From the NCBI GenBank assembly GCA_963747845.1, contig CAVVGR010000008.1, positions 65,091 through 129,090 on the forward strand: a DNA stretch of 64,000 nucleotides, read 5' to 3'. The position numbers and the translations under genes are program-made. The DNA comes from an uncultured delta proteobacterium (GTDB taxonomy: Bacteria; Desulfobacterota; Binatia; Binatales; Binataceae). The notes beneath the pieces were generated by a model that did no database searches, was not told the DNA's origin, and saw only the letters and a program-made list of their open reading frames with translations. Of this stretch, positions 1 through 8,956 are shown in pieces (the stretch's first letter is position 1; each line of letters starts with the position of its first letter).

Positions 1-401
1 GCTAGCACGTTGCCGTCGAGCATCACGTGTTCCGGCGCACTCATCGTTCGCCAGCGTCGCGCATAGATAGGATACTCGCGCCCGGTGTCGTAGCGCGTGT
101 AGTACCACCATCCGCGGAACAGGACGGGCACAGAAGAGTCGTCCTGCTTGATGCGTGCGACCAGCTCTTCGTATAGGTCATCCTGAAGCGACTGCGTGGG
201 TGCCAGGACGGAGTTGGTGTAAGCATTTTCGGCGTCGAGGTAGTCGATTACTTCTTTCGAGCGGCGGGTGTCGTCGCGCAGCCAGTAGTAGTCATCGTTG
301 CGCGCGCCATTAGGCGACGGCACCTGGTAAGGCCTTCGCGCCGCAACAGGAGGCGTTAAAACTTGAGAGTCAGCGACTGACCTTGCAACTTTTCGCGACA
401 C
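1..401 (-). CDS. ptrB: oligopeptidase B (protease II), N-terminal part; gene runs off the window start
   Basis: Reverse-complement translation gives ...PSPNGARNDDYYWLRDDTRRSKEVIDYLDAENAYTNSVL...FRGWWYYTRY..., the PtrB N-terminal signature (DNYYWLRDDTRS.PEVLDYL..EN in E. coli). Open to position 1, so absent from the ORF track. Start is GTG at 401 or 323. Confidence 0.75.
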   Translation of the reverse strand, partial: MSRKVARSVADSQVLTPPVAARRPYQVPSPNGARNDDYYWLRDDTRRSKEVIDYLDAENAYTNSVLAPTQSLQDDLYEELVARIKQDDSSVPVLFRGWWYYTRYDTGREYPIYARRWRTMSAPEHVMLDGNVL

Positions 402-412
402 TGATTCGTACC

Positions 413-1027
413 TTATTCTGGGCGTAGCTTTCTGAGGCCGAACAACAGACGTTGTGCCCCGGTGACCACTTCAAGCGCCGCCATCGCATAGCACAGCAGC
501 GGTCCTATAGGACGCAAGATGGGCGTTGCTACGATGAGACCCAGCACGATGAAGAAGATGATCGCTTCGGTGCGTTCGAGGATGCCCGGCGGATACTCGA
601 TGAGCTTGGCGCTGGGGCCTTCGAGTGCGGCGCCGACGGCGAGGAACACGGTGATGTTTACGTACCAGGTGGCGACGAGGACGAGCGCCGGGAAGTAGAG
701 GCCAGGATCGCGCCATGCGATGCCGATGATCACGCACGCCTCGACGACGCGATCGGCGGACAGGTCGAGCACGCCGCCGACCGGGCTCGCTGCGGCGCAT
801 TCGCGGGCGATGGTGCCGTCGAGCGCGTCGAGCACGGCGCTGAACATGAGCGCCACGATCGCAAACGCAACCTCGGCGCGCGCAAATGCGATTCCCGCGG
901 CGATGCCGGCGAGGGCTGCGAGTATCGTGGCGACGTTGGCGCTGATGCCGACGCTGAAAAGCGCGCGAGCGCATCGCGACTGAATGCGCTTGATGTCGGG
1001 GTTGGCGCCTAGGACTGTATCGAGCAT
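413..1027 (-). CDS. CDP-alcohol phosphatidyltransferase family protein
   Basis: ORF 413..1321 trimmed to Met at 1027 (the upstream part is Arg-rich and overlaps the + strand gene). Motif DALDGTIARECAAASPVGGVLDLSADRVVE fits D-G-x2-A-R-x8-G-x3-D-x3-D. Several TM segments. Confidence 0.8.
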   Translation of the reverse strand: MLDTVLGANPDIKRIQSRCARALFSVGISANVATILAALAGIAAGIAFARAEVAFAIVALMFSAVLDALDGTIARECAAASPVGGVLDLSADRVVEACVIIGIAWRDPGLYFPALVLVATWYVNITVFLAVGAALEGPSAKLIEYPPGILERTEAIIFFIVLGLIVATPILRPIGPLLCYAMAALEVVTGAQRLLFGLRKLRPE

Positions 1028-1108
1028 CGCGATTGCCTGTGCCGGAGCGGTAGCGCGCAGAGCGCTTGCGGAGTTAACGTTCCAGACAGGGTGCGTGTTG
1101 GCAAGGGC

Positions 1109-1915
1109 ATGATGACGAACCTCGCGCGAGGATCGATGGTCGCCGCGTGCGCGATAGCCGCGACGATGGCGTCGGCGCAGCCCGCGTGGCCGGCGAATGC
1201 GCTCAGCTTCCCGACGACCACATTTGCGATTCTGAATCCTGTGACAAGCGCCGTGATCGGACGCAGCATCTACCGCGTGGTGAGCACCAACGACGGCGGA
1301 ATTCTTCACGGTGAAAGCCACTACGATGACGGTTCGTCGGACTTCGAGACCTCGTTTCTGAAGTCAGAGGGCGTCGGCGCGTTGCCGAAGCTGGTGGAAT
1401 TCGATCACACGTTCTACCAGGCCGACGGGTCGATCATGGTGCGCGCCCATCTCAATGTGAGTTCGGGGGCCGCGACGTGTATCGACAACACCGGCGGGCA
1501 GAAGAACCTGCAGTCCGCAACGCTCAGCATCCCGGACGGCACGTGGGCGGGCGCGAGCGTCGTGCTTCCAATCCAGGATTTTTTGCGCGCCGGCGAGGCA
1601 ACGTCAGCGGTTCTGCTGCACGTCTTCAGCTGCGCTCCGGGGCCTCGAATATTTTCGGTCAGCTTGCAGGTCGATCCGGGAAATGCGATGTGGGCCGTTT
1701 ACGGCGCCGAGACGATTCGAGTCGAAGTGCGGCCGGATTTTGGATGGTTGAACTTGATCATCTCGACGTTCGTGCCCAAGCTGTACGCGCGTTTCGATCC
1801 GAATGACGGCTACGCGTTCGTCGGCGACGAGAGCTCGCGCTACTACAAAGGTCCGCGCATCATGCTGGTGAAAAAGCGCGACGATTCGAGCGCGGTCGCG
1901 CGACCCGCAAAATAG
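1109..1915 (+). CDS. secreted hypothetical protein
   Basis: ORF 1091..1915. ATG 1109/1112 followed by a signal-peptide-like segment MMTNLARGSMVAACAIAATMASAQPA. Protein-like composition, no family recognised. Confidence 0.55.
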   Translation: MMTNLARGSMVAACAIAATMASAQPAWPANALSFPTTTFAILNPVTSAVIGRSIYRVVSTNDGGILHGESHYDDGSSDFETSFLKSEGVGALPKLVEFDHTFYQADGSIMVRAHLNVSSGAATCIDNTGGQKNLQSATLSIPDGTWAGASVVLPIQDFLRAGEATSAVLLHVFSCAPGPRIFSVSLQVDPGNAMWAVYGAETIRVEVRPDFGWLNLIISTFVPKLYARFDPNDGYAFVGDESSRYYKGPRIMLVKKRDDSSAVARPAK

Positions 1916-1936
1916 CAAACCGGCTTTTCGGAAAAC

Positions 1937-2152
1937 CTAGAAGTGGACGATGCCCTCGCCGTCGATATGGCGCGCGCTCTTCGAGGCCTTGGGTTTTCGA
2001 TACACGAACGACGTCTTGCACAGCGGGCAGGTGCCTTCGGGCTGCTGGCCGGCGTGGCGCACCAGCTTGACGTAGCGCACGGTTCCGTCCTCGCACGTGT
2101 GAGCGGCGACGGGGAAGTCGTATACGGTGCGAACCGTGATTTTCTCGTTCAT
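1937..2152 (-). CDS. small hypothetical protein, possible zinc-ribbon-like (HTCEDG...CPLC)
   Basis: 71-aa ORF with balanced composition. AT-rich promoter-like spacer upstream (2153-2335). No homolog recognised. Confidence 0.4.
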   Translation of the reverse strand: MNEKITVRTVYDFPVAAHTCEDGTVRYVKLVRHAGQQPEGTCPLCKTSFVYRKPKASKSARHIDGEGIVHF

Positions 2153-2335
2153 TACTCTGCTGGCGCTCCTTGATTCAGTTGCCCCGACCTTTAATTTGTA
2201 CGCACGACAATTTCTTTCGTTTCAACTTTGCAACAACTCGAGCGCACGAATCCCAAACTCGGATTAAACACCATATTGAATTTCCGCCATCGATCAATCC
2301 CTTTCGATGACCAATTCGTAAATATTTTTTCTGCT

Positions 2336-2788
2336 TCAGGCGTCAGCGGGACGGCGCGGGACGAGAATCCTGCGGCGCAGGATCATTATCTCCTCGCCGC
2401 GCTGATTGAGGCCGCGCGTCTCGACGTAGATGACCCCGCGATCGCCCTTCGATTTCGACGCGGTGGTCTCGAGCACCGTGGTCTCGGCGTACAGCGTGTC
2501 GCCGGCGAAGGTCGGGCCGGTATGACGCACCGATTCGTACTCAAGGTTGGCGATCGCGTTCTCGCTCACGTCCTTCACGCTCATGCCGACCACCGTCGCC
2601 ATCACCAGCAGCCCGTTGACCAGCGGGCGTCCGTGCTGCGTGGTAGCTGCGTACGCCGCGTCGAAATGGACGGGGTTCGTGTTCATCGTCATCAGCGTGA
2701 ACCAGGTGTTGTCGAACTCGGTGATGGTGCGGCCGGGCCAATGCTTGAAAGTCTGGCCGGCGGAGAAATCCTCGAAGTAGCGGTTCAT
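2336..2788 (-). CDS. MaoC-like (R)-specific enoyl-CoA hydratase/dehydratase (hotdog fold)
   Basis: ORF 2336..2959 trimmed to MNRYFEDFSAGQ at 2788. Contains the region ...NTNPVHFDAAYAATTQHGRPLVNGLL... typical of MaoC dehydratases. Confidence 0.85.
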   Translation of the reverse strand: MNRYFEDFSAGQTFKHWPGRTITEFDNTWFTLMTMNTNPVHFDAAYAATTQHGRPLVNGLLVMATVVGMSVKDVSENAIANLEYESVRHTGPTFAGDTLYAETTVLETTASKSKGDRGVIYVETRGLNQRGEEIMILRRRILVPRRPADA

Positions 2789-2873
2789 ACGAATGCGATG
2801 CGCGGGCGCGCGTGTTCGGGAATATACGACGGGCGCGCCGGTTGCAATTGATTGTGCTAGCTTCGTCGAGTCG

Positions 2874-4363
2874 ATGGCGCGGCTCACGAAATTACTCGTC
2901 GCAAATCGCGGCGAGATTGCGCTTCGGATCATCCGCAGCGCACGCCTGTTCGGGCTCAAAACCGTCGCCGTCTATTCGGCGGCGGACGCGAAAAGCGTCC
3001 ATGTCGGCGCGGCTGACGAGGCAATCGCGATAGGCCCGGCTGAAGCCGCGAAGAGTTATCTCGACATCGCGGCGATAATCTCGGCGGCAAAGCAGGCCGG
3101 CGCCGACGCGATTCATCCCGGCTACGGATTTCTCTCCGAGCGTCCCGAATTCGCGCAGGCGGCCGCCGATGCGCAAATAGTTTTTGTGGGGCCCCGGCCT
3201 GAGGTGATGGCTGCGCTCGGCAACAAGGTCGCGGCGCGGCGAATCGCAGTCGCCGCCGGAGTGCCGGTAGTGCCGGGAATCGAAGCCGCGGAAATTTCAG
3301 CGGCGCGCGAATTTGGCGCGACCGTTGGCTATCCGATCCTGATCAAGGCCGCCGCCGGCGGCGGTGGGCGCGGGATGCGCGTGGTTGCGGAAGCCGTTCA
3401 GCTCGAAACCGCTCTGGAAGCGGCTGCGCGCGAAGCGGCGGCGGCTTTCGGCGACGGCCGGATTTTCATCGAAAAGTATCTCGCGCACCCGCGGCATATC
3501 GAAATTCAAATTCTCGGCGACGATCATGGCAACGTGGTCGCACTCGGCGAGCGCGATTGCTCGATCCAGCGGCGCCATCAGAAGATTATCGAGGAATCGC
3601 CGGCGCCCGGACTTTCCGACGCGATGCGCGCGAAGATGATCGACGCGGCGCTGAAACTCGCGCGCGCGGCGCACTACACCAACGCCGGCACCGCGGAGTT
3701 CCTGGTCGAGGGCGACAACTTTTACTTCCTCGAAGTGAATGCGCGCCTGCAGGTCGAGCATCCGGTGACCGAGATGCGCTTCGGCTGCGACCTGGTGTGC
3801 GAGCAGTTGCGCGTCGCGTCGGGCGGCACGGTGTCGGAGCCGGCGGCTCCGCGCGGTGCGGCCATCGAATGCCGAATCAACGCCGAGGATCCCGAGCATG
3901 ATTTTCGTCCCGCCACCGGCACCGTGCTTCATCTGAAGTATTCCCGGCGGGCCCGGCGTGCGTTTCGACTCGCACCTCGTGCGCGGCGCCGAAGTGACGC
4001 CGTGGTACGACGGTCTGCTCGGCAAGCTCATCTGCTACGGCGCGAATCGCGAGGAGGCGCGCCGCCGGCTGGTCGACGCGCTCGGCGAATTTGCCTTGCT
4101 CGGGGTGACCAACAACGCGGCGTATCTGCGCGACATCATCGCGAGCGAGCAGTTTCGCGACGCCAGGCTCTCGACCCATTTTATCGACGAGTTTTTTTCA
4201 GGGTGGAAGATCGCAAGCGGTGAAATCGACGCGGCGATTGTCGCTGCAGCTATCACCGCGGGTGATGCGCACAGCGGAGAGCGCCGCGCCGCGAACGAGT
4301 AACGATCGGCGCTCGCCGTGGGACGGCCTGCACAACTTCGAGCTGTGGGGATCGCGGCGATGA
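2874..4363 (+). pseudogene. biotin carboxylase subunit of a biotin-dependent acyl-CoA carboxylase, frame-disrupted (possible assembly artefact)
   Basis: MARLTKLLVANRGEIALRII...KAAAGGGGRGMRVV...EVNARLQVEHPVTE...GTVLHLKY in frame 0. It continues as PGGPGVRFDSHLVRGAEVTPWYDGLLGKLICYG... in frame +1 from 3943. The frame-1 stop is TAA at 4300-4302. A further +1 frame encodes ...SPWDGLHNFELWGSRR and stops at 4361-4363. Confidence 0.85.
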
Positions 4364-4887
4364 AGCTCACGCGCGTTGGCGATCCGCACGAGATCGACGC
4401 CGAGGTGACTTCGCGCGACGGCAACACGGTGCGCGTGCGTATCGGAGACCGTGAACTCGACGCGGAGTTCACGCCCAATGCGGACGGCGGCGGGATTCTT
4501 GCGATCGACGGCCGGCGCTACCCGGTTTACGGCGCGCGACGGAAGGAATCGATCTTCATTTCGGTCGGGCCGGCGTCCTTCGAGTTCAAGCCGGCCGAAG
4601 CGTCATCGCGACGCCGTGCGCGCGGCCTCGCGGCGGCGGAGATCGTCGCGCCGATGCCCGGCAAGGTGCTGAAGGTGATGGTCCGCGACGGCGACCTGGT
4701 CGAGGCGGGGCAGGCGCTGGTCGTGATCGAAGCGATGAAAATGGAAACGACGCTCGCCGCCGAGAGCGCCGCGCTGGTGAAGCACGTTCGCGTCGCGGAG
4801 GGTGATGCGGTCGATCACGGCGCGGTGCTGATCGAGCTTAGTCCGGCTCCGGCTTCATCAGCTCGCGAATCTGCGCCTCGAGCTTAG
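4360..4887 (+). CDS. biotin carboxyl carrier (BT-like region + biotinyl domain) protein
   Basis: ORF 4318..4887, Met at 4360 (MKLTRVGD). C-terminal biotinyl domain with the EAMKME biotinylation motif (VVIEAMKMETTL). Confidence 0.8.
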   Translation: MKLTRVGDPHEIDAEVTSRDGNTVRVRIGDRELDAEFTPNADGGGILAIDGRRYPVYGARRKESIFISVGPASFEFKPAEASSRRRARGLAAAEIVAPMPGKVLKVMVRDGDLVEAGQALVVIEAMKMETTLAAESAALVKHVRVAEGDAVDHGAVLIELSPAPASSARESAPRA

Positions 4888-5077
4888 CAATCCAATCCTC
4901 GAAGTCGCCGTCGCGCTCGACGACAATCTCGAGCTTGCCGTTTTTCAAAATCGAAACGCGCCCCGGATGCTCGGTGCGCAGCGGAATCTCAACCGCCTCG
5001 CGCGAAATTCCCATCGGATCGATCACGGCGAAAATTCTTTCGATTTCTTTCAGGGTGACGGCCTTGAGCATGTGCAC
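4838..5077 (-). CDS. hypothetical small protein
   Basis: 79-aa ORF with globular, charged composition (MLKAVTLKEIERIF...). Overlaps the BCCP 3' end by 50 nt convergently. No family recognised. Confidence 0.45.
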   Translation of the reverse strand: MHMLKAVTLKEIERIFAVIDPMGISREAVEIPLRTEHPGRVSILKNGKLEIVVERDGDFEDWIAKLEAQIRELMKPEPD

Positions 5078-5161
5078 GCCTCGCGGAGCTACGTCTTTAC
5101 TTAAATTGTCAGCGTCGTAAGCTCAAGGCGCGGCGCAACATCAGTTCGGGGGAGGATTGGC

Positions 5162-5365
5162 GTGTTCGGAACAATCAAGAAGGTGGTCAAGGACAAGGGC
5201 TTCGGCTTCATCATCGCGGACGACGGCGGCGACGAAGTTTTTTTCCATCGCTCGGCGCTCTCGCCCAAGGTCTATTTCGACGACCTGCGCGAGGGCAACG
5301 AAGTTCAGTTCGACGTGCGCGCGGGCGAGAAGGGGCGGCAGGCGTTCAACTTGCGCCTGCGCTGA
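5162..5365 (+). CDS. cold-shock protein (CspA family)
   Basis: GTG start after GGGGGAGG. GTIKKVVKDKGFGFIIADDGGDEVFFHRSAL...GEKGRQAFNL carries the RNP1-like KGFGFI and RNP2-like VFFH motifs. Confidence 0.9.
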   Translation: MFGTIKKVVKDKGFGFIIADDGGDEVFFHRSALSPKVYFDDLREGNEVQFDVRAGEKGRQAFNLRLR

Positions 5366-5384
5366 CACCGCAGCCGGATTTTTC

Positions 5385-6908
5385 TCATCGCGTAAGCGCG
5401 AACCAGCGCTTCATCAGGCCGGCGACGAACGGCGTGAGCCGTGTGCGCGTGTAGAGTCCGGCGGCGCGGCGAATTCCATCGGCCTGCGTCGGGTACGGAT
5501 GGATCACGTCGCCAAGCGTGCCGAGGCCGACGCCCGCTTTGATCGCCGTCGTGAGTTCGGAAATCATCTCGCCGGCGTGACTCGCAACGATCGTCGCGCC
5601 GACGATTTGATCGCTGCCCTCTTTCACGATCACCTTCACGAAGCCGTCGGTTTCGCCGTCGAGCACCGCGCGATCGACCTCGGCCAGTTCCTGCGTATAG
5701 GTCGCGACTGCGATTCCGCGCTGTTTGGCCTCGGCTTCGTACAGTCCGACGTGCGCAATTTCGGGGTCGGTGTAGGTACACCACGGAATAGTCAGTTGGC
5801 TCGCGCGCTGGCGCCCGAAGAACAGTGCGTTGCGCAAAATTATTCGCGCGTGCGCGTCGGCCACGTGCGTAAACTTGTACGGCGAGGCGACATCGCCGCC
5901 CGCATACACGAGCGGGTTGGTCGTGCGCAGGTGGTCGTCGACCTTCACGCCGTTCTGCTGGTCGTATTCGATCATCGCCGCTTCGAGATTCAAGCCCTCG
6001 ACAGCGGGTACGCGGCCGACGCCGATCAAAATCACGTCGGCGGCAATCTCGCGGCGGACGCCGTCGCGCTCGGTCGCGAGAATTTTTTCATTGCCGCGCA
6101 ACTCGACGCTGGAAATTTTGCAGTCGGTGAGAATCTCGACACCGTCGCGAACGATCGCGCGCTCGATTCGCTCGGCGGCGTCGCGATCCTCGCGAATCAG
6201 GATTTGCGGCGCGACTTCGAGCAGCGTGACCTGCGCGCCGAAGCGCGCGAAGGTCTGCGCCAGCTCGCATCCAATCGGCCCGGCGCCAATCACCGCGATT
6301 CGCCGCGGCAATTCGGTCAGTGAAAAAACCGTCTCGTTGGTCAGGTAGCCGGCCTCGGCCAGACCCGGTATCGGCAGCGAGGCGGCGCGCGCTCCCGTAG
6401 TAATCGCGGCCTTCTTGAATTTGAGCCGCTTGCCGTCAACCTCCACGCAGTCGGGCGCGACGAAACGTCCGTCGCCGATAAACACGTCGACGCCCAGTCC
6501 GCGAAAGCGATTGGCCGAGTCGGTTGGGCTGAGCTCGGCGCGCAGCTTGCGCATCCGCTCCATCACCGCCGGAAAATCGACGCGCACGCCCGCCGGCACT
6601 TCGACGCCGAAGCGGCCCGCGTCGCGAACCGCCGCGGCCGCGCGCGCCGATCGAATCAGCGCCTTCGACGGCACGCAGCCGAAGTTCAGGCAGTCGCCGC
6701 CCATCAGGTCGCGCTCGACCAGCGCAACCTTCGCGCCCAGAATCGCGGCGCCCGCCGCCGTCACGAGGCCCGCCGTGCCGGCGCCGATCACGACCAGGTT
6801 GTAGCGGTCGGCCGGCGTCGGGTTGCTCCATCCGGCGGGATGCAGATTTTCCGTCAGCGCGAGGTTGTAAGCGTCGAGCGGCTCATGCTTCAGCGCGTGC
6901 GATCCCAT
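5385..6908 (-). CDS. FAD-dependent pyridine nucleotide-disulfide oxidoreductase (mercuric reductase / dihydrolipoamide dehydrogenase-like)
   Basis: ORF trimmed to MGSHALKHEPLD at 6908. VVIGAGTAGL FAD fold, redox disulfide GGDCLNFGCVPSK, second GxGxxG IAVIGAGPIGCE, C-terminal dimerisation domain. Confidence 0.85.
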   Translation of the reverse strand: MGSHALKHEPLDAYNLALTENLHPAGWSNPTPADRYNLVVIGAGTAGLVTAAGAAILGAKVALVERDLMGGDCLNFGCVPSKALIRSARAAAAVRDAGRFGVEVPAGVRVDFPAVMERMRKLRAELSPTDSANRFRGLGVDVFIGDGRFVAPDCVEVDGKRLKFKKAAITTGARAASLPIPGLAEAGYLTNETVFSLTELPRRIAVIGAGPIGCELAQTFARFGAQVTLLEVAPQILIREDRDAAERIERAIVRDGVEILTDCKISSVELRGNEKILATERDGVRREIAADVILIGVGRVPAVEGLNLEAAMIEYDQQNGVKVDDHLRTTNPLVYAGGDVASPYKFTHVADAHARIILRNALFFGRQRASQLTIPWCTYTDPEIAHVGLYEAEAKQRGIAVATYTQELAEVDRAVLDGETDGFVKVIVKEGSDQIVGATIVASHAGEMISELTTAIKAGVGLGTLGDVIHPYPTQADGIRRAAGLYTRTRLTPFVAGLMKRWFALTR

Positions 6909-6921
6909 CGATATGTACCCT

Positions 6922-7632
6922 TCAGGTTTTTTCGCGCAGCGCCCGTGCGCCGATTCGCGTTGCGTACACTGCCACCGCGACCGTTGCGACAAAGCCGACC
7001 GCAGTGAGCGCCCATCCAGCCGGTGTGCGCCGCGCGCTGCCACCGGCCGCGCGCGCGAGGTCGCCGCTCAGCGATCCGATGTAGACGTAGAGAATCGTGC
7101 CGGGAATCATCCCGGCCCACGACGCGAAAAAATAGTCGCGCAGCGTCACCCGCGTCAGCCCGTACGCGTAGTTGAGCAGGTTGAACGGAAACACCGGCGA
7201 CAGGCGCGTCAGGATGACGATTTTCCAGCCTTCCTTGCCGACCGCTTCGTCGATCGCCTTGAACTTCGCGTTGCCTTCGAGCCTTGCGCTCACCCAGTCG
7301 CGCGCGAGGTAACGGCCCACGAGAAAAGCCGCGGTCGCGCCGAGCGTCGACGCGATCGAGACGTAGATCGATCCGCGCACCACGCCGAAGATCACGCCCG
7401 CGCCGATCGTCAGGATCGATCCCGGCAGAAACGCGACGCAGGCCGCGATGTAGATGACGATGAACGCGATCGGCGCCAGCGCACCCAGCCCGCGAATCCA
7501 GTCGAGCGCGTTGGTCAGCCACGGTCCCGCGCCAATGCGATGCGCCGCGTAGAGAATCGCGATGATCGCGACGACGATCAGTAGAATTTTGGGGCGAAAG
7601 AAACCGGCGGCTCGGCTGGTGGCGGTGGTCAT
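6922..7632 (-). CDS. TVP38/TMEM64 (DedA-related) family membrane protein
   Basis: 236 aa, multi-TM. Shows ...LPGSILTIGAGVIFG... and ...RLSPVFPFNLLNYAYGLT... typical of the family. Directly upstream of the oxidoreductase in the same orientation. Confidence 0.8.
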   Translation of the reverse strand: MTTATSRAAGFFRPKILLIVVAIIAILYAAHRIGAGPWLTNALDWIRGLGALAPIAFIVIYIAACVAFLPGSILTIGAGVIFGVVRGSIYVSIASTLGATAAFLVGRYLARDWVSARLEGNAKFKAIDEAVGKEGWKIVILTRLSPVFPFNLLNYAYGLTRVTLRDYFFASWAGMIPGTILYVYIGSLSGDLARAAGGSARRTPAGWALTAVGFVATVAVAVYATRIGARALREKT

Positions 7633-7744
7633 CTCGAGGTTCCGGGATAGGTAACTCGCACGGCGGCAGTTTGGTTTCCGCCGGCGAGCTTCGCGGACGC
7701 GGACTGCTTATAATGCCATCGAGGATTGTGTAATCCTAATCCGC

Positions 7745-8242
7745 ATGTCGGTCCACGAGCACGAAAAACACGCGCGCACAAATCTCAAGGTCGGCGTAAT
7801 CACCGCCAGCGATTCGCGCACCCTCGAGACTGACGAGAGCGGCAAGCTCATCCGCACTTTGCTCCAGGCGGCCGGCCATCGCGTCGACTATTACGAAATC
7901 GTGCCCGACGACAGCGAGAAGATTTCCGCCGCGCTGGTCAGCAACCTGGAAAACCTCGACGCCATCATCATCAACGGCGGCACCGGCATCACCGCGCGCG
8001 ACGGCACTACGGAAGTCGTGAAGTCGGTGCTCGACAAGGAGCTCGAAGGCTTCGGCGAGCTGTTCCGGATGCTGTCGTTCAACGAAATCGGCCCGGCTGC
8101 GATGCTGAGTCGCGCAGTCGCCGGCGTGCGTCACGGCAAGTTCGTCGCCGCGCTTCCCGGCTCGCCCGACGCATGCCGCCTCGCGATGGAGAAGCTGCTC
8201 ATTCCCGAGCTCGGACACATCACTTACCTGCTGAGCAAATGA
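7745..8242 (+). CDS. moaB: molybdenum cofactor biosynthesis protein B
   Basis: KVGVITASDSR...DAIIINGGTGITARDGTTE...GFGELFRMLS...ALPGSPDA matches the MoaB/MogA fold signatures. Confidence 0.85.
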   Translation: MSVHEHEKHARTNLKVGVITASDSRTLETDESGKLIRTLLQAAGHRVDYYEIVPDDSEKISAALVSNLENLDAIIINGGTGITARDGTTEVVKSVLDKELEGFGELFRMLSFNEIGPAAMLSRAVAGVRHGKFVAALPGSPDACRLAMEKLLIPELGHITYLLSK

Positions 8243-8253
8243 AGCCGTGAACA

Positions 8254-8499
8254 GTGAACCAGTTCACGATCAAACTGTTCGCGACGCTGCGCGAGCGCGC
8301 GCATGCGGCCGAGCTGACGCGCGAATTTCCCGACGGCACCACGGTCGGCGACATCTGGCGGCGGCTGGTCGTCGAATTTCCCGAGCTCGGCGGCCATCAC
8401 GATTCTGTGGGCTTCGCCGTCAACCAGGAATATGTCGAAGGCGACTTCAAGCCGCGCAAAGGCGACGAGATTGCATTCATTCCGCCCGTCAGCGGCGGC
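8254..8499 (+). CDS. moaD: molybdopterin synthase sulfur-carrier domain (MoaD) ending in PPVSGG, no stop codon after GG
   Basis: GTG start. MNQFTIKLFATLRERA...GDEIAFIPPVSGG. No stop codon in any frame between 8500 and 8560, so it is continuous with the MoaE part. Confidence 0.8.
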
Positions 8500-8505
8500 G
8501 CTACG

Positions 8506-8956
8506 ATGCCGGCGTACGTCGGCAAAATCACAATCGGCCGCAGTTCCGATCGACGTCGCCGCGCTCGAGCGCGAAGTTGCCGACCCTGCCGCCGGCGCAA
8601 TCGTGTCGTTCACCGGCACGACTCGCCGCGACAACGCCGGCCGCGCCGTGCTTCGCCTCGAGTACGAAGCCTACGAGCCGATGGCGCTGTCCGAGATGCG
8701 CAAGCTCGCAGTCGAAGCGGGCGCGCGATGGAAAATCACGCGCATCGCAATCGCGCATCGCGTCGGCGTCGTCGAAATTGGCGAAACGTCGGTCGCGATA
8801 GCAGTCTCAGCGCCGCATCGCGCAGAGGCCTTCGAGGCATGCCGTTTCGCGATCGATCGCCTGAAAGAAATCGTGCCCATCTGGAAGAAGGAACATTTCG
8901 AAGGCGGCGAAATCTGGATCGGCTGCCAGACTTCGCATCCACCCGCGCTGGAATAG
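8506..8956 (+). pseudogene. moaE: molybdopterin synthase catalytic domain (MoaE), fused to MoaD, with a +1 frame change near 8540-8546
   Basis: MPAYVGKITIGRS in the moaD frame, then VPIDVAALEREVADPAAGAIVSFTGTTR...VAIAVSAPHRAEAFEACRFAIDRLKEIVPIWKKE in frame +1 (ORF 8432..8956). Confidence 0.8.

Noticed and set aside
5157-6323. 388-aa + strand ORF overlapping csp and antisense to the FAD oxidoreductase
   Set aside because: Same GC-rich shadow-ORF artefact. The real genes here are the 67-aa Csp (different frame) and the minus-strand oxidoreductase.
7633-7744. Molybdenum-cofactor (Moco) riboswitch upstream of moaB
   Set aside because: The position is suggestive, but I could not find the conserved Moco-motif core (CCUCCGAG-type segment and partner). 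There is only a TATAAT-like box and a small hairpin (GGATTGTGTAATCC). An Infernal scan would be needed to decide.
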